From positions 91,390,001-91,454,000 of the forward strand of contig NW_024704743.1 of assembly GCF_018977255.1 (NCBI RefSeq): DNA of 64,000 bases, read 5' to 3'. Positions within the stretch are counted from its first letter, which is position 1. Each line of letters starts with the position of its first letter. Shown here piece after piece: positions 1 through 9,695 of this stretch. The notes beneath the pieces were generated by a model. It worked only from the letters and a program-made list of their open reading frames with translations. It made no database searches and had not been told where the DNA came from. This DNA is from Callorhinchus milii (taxonomy: Eukaryota). A program made the translations under genes and the position numbers.

Positions 1-1866
1 TTGTGGCTCAGATGACCTATTCCTGGGATATACATTTGGTAAAGGTGTAATATATCCCAATGCAATGATTATTATTATTATTGTCATAAATGATAACCCA
101 TAGATTACCATAATTTAAAAAAACTGTTTAAGCAAATTGTACTGATAAGCCATAGGTGTTGCTGAACCACGATAGATGTTTGCATTGGATTTTGAAATGA
201 TCAGTAATTTGTTCATGATGAACACATCTCCATAGACTGCTGGTTCCCCAACATGTAGCCTCTTTATAATTCATCTTGTCATCCATTAGTCTATGTATAT
301 ATTCCTGTTGCTACGCTTTCAATTGGGATTCTCATTAGCAAGTTCATCTATCATTCAAATGTCCAGAACAGAAGTTACTGTCAAGACATCAAGCTGTGTG
401 TAATGGTAATATAACGAATGATAGCTCTAAATAACCCATATTCTGTATACTGTATCAGGAAGAAAAGTGCAGAGACACAGGCATCAGAACTTTCAACAAA
501 TGGTAGCGTGGGAAGCAATCTCAGACTACTGATAGATTATTAGTTTCCCTAATATTTGATGAAACTCTGAGAGCTGTCATTAGAAGGAAGTACTTTTTCC
601 CGATTAGATAACCATTAACGCTGTTCTAAATCAAGTCTGTTGATTCGAGTTTTTTTCCGTTCTGTTAACTGGGGCCGGGAGCATACATTATTCTGTGACC
701 TGTAAGTACACTGCATTTGTAAATGTCAGATCTGTTGCTGTTAATGACAGTCTCAGCTTGCACATGTTCCAATAGGTTACACCAATATTAATCATGTGAA
801 CATTACCTCTTACCCTTCCATTTATCTTCAAGCTGTGAAAGGTTGTTGGATATTCACCTTCACACATCGTAACAAGCCACCCATCCAGTCTGATACCACC
901 TGCTCACCTGTCACATACTCATTCACATGTGTTTTTTGTAATTTTATTTAAAGCTATAAAGAAAGCTAAGCAAAGCCCTTTAAACACACACAAAGTAAAT
1001 AACCTATGTTGGCAAAAACAACTTGAGGACTTTGATCATTTTATGAAAATAATTCTTGCAATTCTTGAAAATGGACACTTCAAGGAATAAATAGGAAGCA
1101 GTGGATGAATGCCTTCCTTTTGCTGTTTAAATTGGAAAGTTAAGAAGATTCAATCTCAAAGGCATTCAACGCATCAACTACAATCTTAGCTCCTATCTCA
1201 CCGCTTGTGCATGACATCCCACATGACACTACTTTAAAAGTTGAGTTGCGCTGATATTACCTGAAACAGCACTCAATGCTGGGATCTGCTCGGAGGTAGC
1301 CTCTAGCCCTGGCTGGCTCAATCCCTGTATTTTTTGTCCACAAAAAATACACAGTCACTCCACCTGGCTGACCAAAACCATGCAGTCACTCCACTCCAAT
1401 GGGTTGAGGTGAAGTCTTTGTGAGTCCAGTCTGATTGATGGGGTAGCTATGAATGTTGCCTATGAACATGAGGAGAGCTGCTGAGGTCAGGATTGGCTGA
1501 GGTCAGGGGTATTCTCTGGTAAAATAACAGTAAGCGATGGGGAGGAGAATGGCACACACAGGTGAGAAGGGGGGTGGGTGGGTGTGGTAAGAGGAGTGTG
1601 TGTGAGGATAATATAATTAAACCATTTTCTGGGATAAATCATTATAACTTTGCAGGGTAGATGGATCATCCCCCCAGCAGTCATTGACTTGGGTATTTCC
1701 TGAAGCCAAACATCACACAATCGGATGATTATCACTGCTGATAATCAGCATGTTCTAATTCACATATTTCATCCTCATTATCATTTGGAAGCAATCTCTA
1801 TCAATGGTAATCGCCGCCCTCAGCCCATTCTCACCTCAGACATCCCCTTTCACCTCACTTTGTTAG

Positions 1867-2267
1867 AATAATAATCCTTGCATTTAATATAGTCGAGATG
1901 TTGCAGAGATGTCTCAAAGTGCTTCATTGTAAAGTGTAGTGACTGATCATTTATAAGTGAACGTGGTAGCTAATCTGAGTACAGCAATGTACCACATACA
2001 GCCATGAAGTGCATTATCTGGGGGATTGTTTGCCAGGACACCGAGAGAAATTTCCTTCTCTTTTCAAATTGTTCCATAGAACATTAACATCTACCTGAAT
2101 AGACAGACAGGATCTTGGTTTAACGTCTTATTTGAAGGCAAGTTTCTCTGATGCTTTCCCCAGCACTGAACTGGAGTGTCGACCAAGACTGTAAGCTCAA
2201 AGTCTTGACGTGCCATAGCCTTCTGACTCAGAGGCGAGGGTGCTACCAACTGAATCAGGCTGACACC
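1867..2267 (-). mobile_element. Old tRNA-derived Deu-type SINE (SacSINE1/AmnSINE1-like)
   Basis: Minus strand begins GGTGTCAGCCTGATTCAGTTGGTAGCACCCTCGCCTCTGAGTCAGAAGG, followed by a degenerate Deu-like core and a TGCAAGGATTATT tail; homologous to other old copies in the window. Confidence 0.8.
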
Positions 2268-2805
2268 TGTTGCAGAATGAAGAAAAAGTTACTATCGGAC
2301 AATGTGCATGGCGAGCAGCCAGAAGAACCCAGACAAAATAGGCAGAAGAACCCAGATGAAACTGGTCAGATCAGTTTTGGGCAAAGGAACAAAACAACTC
2401 CGAATATGGATTTGAGCAGGGTCTTGCCGGGTCAGCAAATGAGTCACGTGATCAAAGGTCGCCTGTGACTATAAAACTTTGGCGAGTCTTTTGTTCGGGG
2501 GATCGACTCCGGAGACCAACTGATCAGCAGACTTTACATTTGAAGAACTATCGGATAACCCCTGAGTCTAGGACGAGGAAATATCCATATTGAAGAAGGA
2601 ACATCATAAACCCCTACGTTTGGGATGAGGAAAGAGAGAGACATCCAGATTTGAGGAAGCTTGGTCAGCTCCCAATCTCGGGTAATATCGCTTGCTTTTA
2701 TTTGTAGAGGTTACCGGGTGACCAAAGGCAAGGTGATTGTGATTTCAATAAATATTCTTAAAAGACTATTAGTACTTTGATTGATTGGAAAGGGATCTGT
2801 CAACA
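2268..2805 (+). mobile_element. Solo LTR (538 bp) of an LTR retrotransposon or endogenous retrovirus
   Basis: Starts TGTTG and ends CAACA. Flanked by 4-bp TSD CACC (2264-2267, 2806-2809). TATAAAA at 2470, AATAAA at 2747, overlapping TGAGTCA/CACGTG at 2440-2450, and a direct repeat CAGAAGAACCCAGA near 2320 and 2343. Confidence 0.85.
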
Positions 2806-2974
2806 CACCTCTGCTTAAAAAATGATGGAAATCTGCCACTGACACTAGCTGTTTTGAGAAGATGGGCTGCTCTACCAAATGCTACTGATGGTAACACTCC
2901 CCATTCGGGCATCAATCCTCCATATTGGAAGTCTGTATCTTCAAAACATGAGGAATGCCCCAAAACAACACTTG

Positions 2975-3355
2975 CATTTGATACAGTGACTTAACACACC
3001 AAAACGTCTTAAAGTGTTTCACATATAATTGCTGTTAAGTGCAGTAACCTGTGCACTTACGGGCAAATGAAGCAATCAATTTGCACACAGGAAGATACCC
3101 CAAACAGGCAGGATGTGAATGACCAATTTATTTGGGCAATTGTTAATCAAGAGACTGGGAAAAAGTTCCTTCTCCTTTCAAATATTGTAATTGGATGTCT
3201 AACATGGGTTTCAGTTTAATATCCCTCACCTGAAAAACGACACCTCTATGGTCACGCTCCCTCACTACTGTGTCAGCCTGGAACTTGAGCTCAATCCTGA
3301 CATGAACGATTGACCATGACCCATTAACAGGAGTACTTCCAACTAAGCCAGGCTG
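2975..3355 (-). mobile_element. Old SINE, degenerate (same family as 1867-2267)
   Basis: Degenerate head (GGCTTAGTTGGAAGTACTC), AAATTGGTCATTCAC/TGTGCAAATTG core and tail on the minus strand. Confidence 0.65.
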
Positions 3356-3882
3356 GCAGCAATACAATCCAACTTTCTAACAAAAAAATAACAAATCTCT
3401 AAAATTACTTTCAAGGCCATTAAGCTTTGCAATGAAAATACTCATTTCTATAATCACAACATATACTACCCATTTAACTCATATTTAATAACCTTAAATG
3501 AACTGGAAATAAATCAATATTAACAATTCTGAAAACAATGTCTGATGCAAAGTACTCTAAACCGGCTAAAGCAATAGTGCCTGCAATAATCTTCCAACAT
3601 CAGTGCAGTACAAAGGGAGGATCCAACTCAAGATTGAATATGTTACAGGTAGAAAGAACTATTCAAAGACTTAAAACATGACTATCTGCTACAGTTTGTT
3701 TTAAGCAAACCCATAAAATTAAACGTTCTGAAATAGTTTTACACATGTATTTTTTCGGTTTGTATAATTATTGATTGGGAAAACAGGAGTCATTATAAAG
3801 ATACAATTAAGATAATGCTGTGCTTATGAGCTCAACTGAGGCGGAATCACAATGGGAAGTGGTGTTAAGTGATCCTAAAACT

Positions 3883-3959
3883 GATGGAGAGGTGACCGAT
3901 GGAGTGGAAGAAGGTTACATGAGGATGACAGTAATGAACTGATGTGATCCACATGAATT
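3883..3959 (+). repeat. Inverted, diverged partial copy of the RALYL acidic-tail exon 3' end and donor (8873-8953)
   Basis: Manual alignment: 69 identities in 77 aligned bases, 8 transitions, one 3-nt and one 1-nt gap, opposite orientation to the gene. Confidence 0.92.
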
Positions 3960-5378
3960 AACACATAGCCTGGTATCAGTCTTTAAACACAGTGGCCAGT
4001 TTGTTCTGACTTTTCATTTGGGTTTTCTCATTATAAGTCTCAGTGAACCAAGCATTACATTTAGTATACGTGAGAAAGCATAGAACAAAGGAATTTAGTC
4101 TATCATGCCTACTCCTTCCACAGCCACACCAAACCTTCCCATCACAGACCCAATCACCCACTCATACCGTCTTACGTGAGAAGAGTGTTGTATAGAATCT
4201 CCTTGAACTGCAAAGACAATCAAACTAAAAGTGCAAAATATTCATCCGTCCCCACTTCTCCACTTTTCATCCCTGACCTCCAGATATCATCACAGCTCTG
4301 TTCAGGACAGAAATTATTGTGTGTTTGTTCATTTCAGTATGCACCTCTGCTTATATCCTTTTATACTGCTCTCAAGCGGATACTTATCTAGTCAGTTATT
4401 TTATTGTTAGAATATAATTTTCTTCATAGTCATTGTCAAGAAGTGGGGTTTGAAAGTAGGATATTTGAAATTACAGCAAGAAACTGGAAAAGAAACCAAT
4501 CATGGTCTCTTCGATGCCTAGTGCTTATGAAGTAACTAGGCTATTATCACAGCAGGGACTATTGGCACTTGTGCAGGATGCGAGAGAAAACAGTTAAAAT
4601 GAGGGGGTGGATACAGTGCAGAAGAGTCATTTAGAAAGGCTGAGATTTTCAAGATGCACAGAACTCTGCTTCATTTTTTTATGAAGGTCACAATTTGTCA
4701 GCAGTCTGTCTCTTTATTGCCAAAACAGGTTTCCAAATGATCCCTTTACAAACTCCACTCTAAAGATCATCAGGCTCACACAAAGCTTACAAAGGAAGCT
4801 TTTTTGTTGATTCAAAAGCAAGCCAGTCATCTATGTTAATTGTGTTATTACTCTAAATTTACATTGTGTAAAATGCAAGCACACAAATCTCACCTTTAAT
4901 GGCTTGTGAACAACTGTTTACCTGGTTGTTTTCCCCAGTATAAAATCAATCCTTTTACACCAGTTATTGCAAGAATTATAAATGAAATGCTACTAAGCAG
5001 TTATCAGTCAATTATTTGCACACATCTATACTTATGCTGTTGACTATCGTCTAACTTCAAAGGTTTATAATCTGTGTAATCAGAACAAAAGTCCACCTTT
5101 TAAGAGTTATAAAAAATGCTAAATGGGATCGAGAGGGTAAACCCTGAGGAATTTTTTCAGATATGCCAAGGCAGAAGAATATTTGCTGACTCTCTTTCAG
5201 AATGACCTATTTCAATGCTGTGCGTTTCTATGGTTTTAGTCCAGAGCAATATTAAATAAGGCACCAGGTAGTATTTCTTTATGCAGAGGGTAATTAATTG
5301 TTGAAACAGGTTACCAGGGAACAGGAAAGATGGTTGAGTCCAGGACTTAAAAAACAACTTAATTTAATGCTGAAATAA

Positions 5379-5522
5379 ATAATCCTTGCATTTGATATAG
5401 TGCTTTAACACATCACTCAGATGTCTCAAAGCGTTGCACAGAATATATTGTAAAGTGTGACAGTATATTTTGTGGGCAAAATGCGGTAGCCAATTGTACA
5501 CAGCAATGTCCCACAAACAGTC
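5379..5522 (-). mobile_element. SINE 3' half (Deu core and L2-type tail)
   Basis: aataatccttgcatttgatatag...gcaatgtcccacaaacagtcgt is the reverse complement of the young SINE 3' half. Confidence 0.8.
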
Positions 5523-6244
5523 GTGGTTTTGCCCTGCCCAGGAAGTGGAAGGACAATAGGGTAGCTATTTTGGAAAGAACCAATCTTGTGAAAAAATCCA
5601 GTGTGAACATTCACCCCTCATGAATTGCCAGTATAAAGTCTGTCAAAACAAGAAAATGGATCTGCTGTGTTGCTCATGTTTAGAATACATTATGTCTCCA
5701 TCCTGATATTGAAATCCATTTCTCCCATGCACATGATCTGCCAAATCTGAAGAGGTTACATAAATCTATTTTCTTCATTAATATCAATCTATCTAAAAGC
5801 CCTTCTAACACATATAAATTTGACAAAAAAGGATTCAATGCAAACTTAAATAATATGAAGGTTACTAAATGACTTAGTACTGTTTGGCAAATTGGTTTAT
5901 GAGGAAGGCAATTTAATAGAGCTTGTTGAATGTTTTTGTTTTGAAAGCTTGTGTGTTTTAAAGGCCTAGTCCCTGTTTGCAAGTTGCATTTAAAACAGTT
6001 CATGCTAAACTCTGACAATAAAGCGTTTCTGTGAAGTAGATGGTCGAAATTATTTGTAGATGTATAAGTGAACTTAAAACTTGCAACCAAACCTTCTTTG
6101 TTAAACTGTCCTTGCTGTGTCGTGCAATATAAATAGGGGCAAATTCAGGGTAATGTGGCAGAGACTGGAGTAATTCACAATTAGGTTTCAATGTAAAATA
6201 GAAGTTATCTAAACATTTTATTTATTTTATTTTTATTATATTGT

Positions 6245-6574
6245 GGAGTCCTGTAGCTCAGTGGTTAGAGCACTCGCTTTGCAAGTGAGAGACCTGAGTT
6301 CAATTCCAGGCAGAGGGCGAAACCTTGGGCAAGTTTCCTTACTCCACACAGAGCCTAATAATAATCCCTCCAAAACAAAACAATAATAATTGGTCATTTT
6401 CAATCTACGACTGTTTGTGGGACATTGCTGTGCGCAATTGGCTGCCGCGTCCGCCCACAAATATACAGTCAATTCACTTTACAGTGTGTTCTGTGAAGCG
6501 CTTTGGGACGTCCTCCCGACGTGAAAAGCGCTATATCAAATGCAAGGATTATTATTATTATTATTATTATTATT
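6245..6574 (+). mobile_element. Young full-length SINE: tRNA-Ala(TGC)-like head, Deu domain, L2-type tail, (ATT)n
   Basis: GGAGTCCTGTAGCTCAGTGGTTAGAGCACTCGCTTTGCAAGTGAG...GAGTTCAATTCC (A/B boxes); core TGTTTGTGGGACATTGCTGTGCGCAATTGGCTGCCGCG; tail stem-loop and (ATT)n. Nearly identical to 26551-26876. TATTGTG occurs at both junctions (possible TSD). Confidence 0.93.
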
Positions 6575-7830
6575 GTGCAAGGTGCTAAAACATTTTAGGT
6601 TGTTTATCATCAGCATAATAGGGGTTAATTCATCCCCTCACCCCATGAAATAATACACACCAGCAAAATCACTCTAAGCGGAATGATAATATGACAGAAA
6701 ATAAACATGGAAATAACCGTAAAACTGAGTTTATTCTGTTGCAGAACAAGGCATCTCAATTTACCAAGTTTGAAGTCTGAGATTTTAACTTTTTTATATA
6801 CATTTATTGAAATGTTAGTCCACTGAACAGCAATGATAAAGGAAACCAACCTTCTCTGTACGAGTCAGTTACTGTGTGTCCTCCAGATCTGATACATGAT
6901 TCTCATTCTGAAATCAAGAGGCAAAAATATCAGCGGTTAGCAAATCACAAAAAGGAACACGTGGCGAATGGGGATGAATGCTTCATGTCCCATTTTTTTA
7001 AAGAAAAAAAGAATTGCACAGAATTATTACTAACTTTGTTATCTTTTGTAGTTCTCTGGGTTTTTAATTAATAAAATGGAAGTGCTGCTGATATTATTAG
7101 GCACATTGACTTCCAGTGGAATCAACATAGATTTACAAAGAATGATACAATGGCAAAGAATGGCATGGAAACAGCCCCTTTGACCAACTCAAAAGGGACT
7201 ACACCCCTCCGATTTCCTTCTCCCTCATGCGTGGATCAGGTACAGTTGGAGCAACAGGGTTTGCTGATGTGCTTGAGTTAAAGGCAGAAAATTCCAATCA
7301 CTGGGTTCTGAGGCAATATCAATGTGTTGTTTTGCATCCTGCTAACATCACCCAGGAGTGATATGAATGTTGTACAACCCTGATATAACCACAACTTAAG
7401 TAATTTTATCAACAGCTGGAATAGGTTATCAGGAAAGGAGACTGAAGTGAAGAGTCTTTAAATTCTTTAAAACACAGCTTGATGCTGTAACGGGAAAGTC
7501 GAATAAGTTTTCTAGGAGGGTATTCAATTCTTCACCGTACCTCTGATCACAGTGGTTACAAGCAGACGAAAAAAGCTTTTCAAACATTGTTACTTATACT
7601 TAGTCATTTTCTGCTCCTTCAGTACATTTTGAAAGCTGTCTGCAGAATGCCATGAAGTGAAGAAATGCTTATCTGTACTCTAAGGTTAGGCAAAATGAAT
7701 TCAAGTCTGTACAAATTGAAGTTTTGCATGCAGTAATTTCTTTACGTTAACCCAGTCTCCTGCTGTAACTCTTCAGAAGTCTGATTTATCCTCTGAAGGA
7801 TCAGTGAATTGAGGAAAAACTTCAGGAAAA

Positions 7831-8069
7831 AGTTTCCTTACTCCACACGCCTAATAATAATCCCTCCAAAAAAAAACCCAAAACAATAATAAAATTGGTC
7901 ATTTTCAATCTACGACTGTTTGTGGGACATTGCTGTGCGCAATTGGCTGCCGCGTTTGCCCACAAATATACAGTCAATTCACTTTACAGTGTGTTCTGTG
8001 AAGCGCTTTGGGACGTCCTCCCGACGTGAAAAGCGCTATATCAAATGCAAGGATTATTATTATTATTAT
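7831..8069 (+). mobile_element. Young SINE, 5'-truncated
   Basis: Near-identical to 6331-6574; lacks the tRNA head. Confidence 0.9.
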
Positions 8070-8702
8070 CCAGTAAGCAGTTGCATCACACACACCATGA
8101 GAGGCTTAGGGTCAATCGCTGTTTCTGTTGAGTTAACTGATCTCAACCAGTAAGAAGCTATCAACGTCTTTAGCTGCCCCGGATTAAGGAAGGGAAAATG
8201 AGACAAGGTTCCTATTCCTGATGCTAAAATTCTTCATGGTTTTAGACTTCATATCATTGTTGTAGCAATTCACATTGTCTCAAAATATAAGATTGTGCAG
8301 AATTTTGGCAAAAAAATCTTCAATTGAATTCAGCAGTGATCTGGCAGCTAGTTTTTCACAGTTCTTTTTAAGAAACCAGATGATTACACAGAACGTTACT
8401 ACAACAAGATTACATTTGTATAGCACGGAAACAGTCCACTCGATCCATCTAGTCCGAGCCATTTTTATACTCCACAATGAGCCTCTACTTTCCTAATCTC
8501 CTTTCCCATACTCCTCCATTCCCTTGCAAAACATTCTAAGGCTCGGACCATGAGCAATTTTCAGGGCAGACAGGATTAGGTTTGGTGACCAGTGTTGAGG
8601 ATATAACAGCCTCTCACTCCTGATTGTTCAAAGCAATTTGCTAACTGAAAATTCCCAATACTGTTACAATGAACAGTAACAGACTTTGAAAATCTGACCA
8701 CA

Positions 8703-8765
8703 TCAAAAGTGCTGTGGTACAATCTGTGTAATATGATACAGAGGCAATATCTGTAGGTTCTCAGT
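8703..8765 (-). CDS. Weak candidate terminal coding exon (TENLQILPLYHITQIVPQHF*)
   Basis: ccattttcag acceptor 125 nt after the donor at 8890. Phase-0 reading contains LQI, reminiscent of the human C-terminus FLQIK*. The pyrimidine tract is weak and there is no independent support. Confidence 0.2.
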   Translation of the reverse strand, partial: TENLQILPLYHITQIVPQHF

Positions 8766-8890
8766 CTGAAAATGGTCCTGCCATAACTCTTCAGAGCTTT
8801 GACACTGACATTCTTTATTGGATAATTTAGAAGTAATTGCTGAATTATGTAACCTTGTAAGAGACTCAAATCAATTCATGCAGATCATAC

Positions 8891-9069
8891 CAGTTCATTG
8901 CTGCCATCCTCATCGTAATCTTCTTCCACTCCATCGGTCATCTCTTCTCCATCCCCATCTGCATCAGGACCTCCTTCCACTGGATCCTCTGTAGAAGTTT
9001 CTGCATTCTCTGATATGGATTCCTCATGTGCAGACTCTGAATTTTCTTCAAGCTGCTTCTTCTGTGTCT
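8891..9069 (-). CDS. RALYL: RALYL coding exon (179 nt): acidic C-terminal tail ETQKKQLEE...EGGPDADGDGEEMTDGVEEDYDEDGSNEL
   Basis: Acceptor ccttttccacag at 9070, donor gtatga at 8890; 2 nt+59 codons. Closely resembles the recalled human RALYL tail (QKKQLEE...EGGPDADGEEMTDGIEEDFDEDGGHEL). Confidence 0.95.
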
Positions 9070-9490
9070 CTGTGGAAAAGGCACACTTACTCAAATCATC
9101 ACCTCCTAATGCCTCTGGGATTTTCAGAACATATTTCAACAGAATAGATAATGGGAGGAAAAGCACAGATGGCCCATTGCTGTAAAATTCATTTTGATTC
9201 TAGATTGCCTGATGTCTAGAATATGTAGCTGACTATCAATTGGGATATTTGTACTCCGTTGGAAGAAAGTACACAAAACAGATATGTTAAACATCATTTT
9301 CTATAATTTCAGCTGGAGAAAAATTCCATAATTCTTACAATTTTAATATGATTATATTTTTGAATAGGATACATCTAAGAAATTTCCTATTTGTTTTATG
9401 AACAAGTAAAGGTAGAAATAACTATCACAGGTTAAAGTTGAATAAAGTGAGGGAACTGAGGGAGTAGAAGTGGCATCCACTTTTGGAGGG

Positions 9491-9695
9491 AATAATCCCT
9501 CCAAAACAAAACAATAATAAAAAATTGGTCATTTTCAATCCATGACTGTTTATGGGACACTGCTGTGCGCAATTGGCTGCCGCGTTTTGCCCATAAATAT
9601 ACAGTCAATTCACTTTACAGTCTATTCTGTGAAACGCTTTGAGACGTCGAGAAGACGTGAAAAACGCTATATCAAATGCAAAGATTATTATTATT
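9491..9695 (+). mobile_element. SINE, 5'-truncated (subfamily with GAGAA tail loop)
   Basis: Deu core and tail as in 6245-6574, with diagnostic differences shared with 34075-34407. Confidence 0.9.

Noticed and set aside
803..832. Possible terminal or micro-exon (tttcacag|CTTGAAGATAAATGGAAGG|gtaaga; LEDKWKGKR*)
   Set aside because: Splice-like signals are present but there is no convincing similarity to a known RALYL C-terminus; not supportable without RNA data.
1326..1351. 12-bp perfect palindrome TGTATTTTTTGT-CC-ACAAAAAATACA
   Set aside because: Low complexity with a 2-nt loop; plausible by chance or slippage.
3810..3882. Possible further extension of the inverted exon copy upstream of 3883
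   Set aside because: Only patchy resemblance (gatcct vs ggtcct; tcaactgag vs tctacagag); not alignable with confidence by eye.
6245..6315. tRNA-Ala(TGC)-like sequence (also near 26810-26876, 34075-34145, 56908-56975)
   Set aside because: No proper acceptor stem and it continues into the Deu core and (ATT)n tail; these are SINE heads, not tRNA genes.
6325..6588. Recurrent ORF ending KRYIKCKDYYYYY in several places
   Set aside because: Incidental translation of SINE copies; the poly-Tyr is the (ATT)n tail.
9070..9166. In-frame upstream extension of the acidic exon ORF (likewise 21095-21239 and 27616-27656)
   Set aside because: Intronic read-through; RALYL similarity starts exactly at the AG acceptors.
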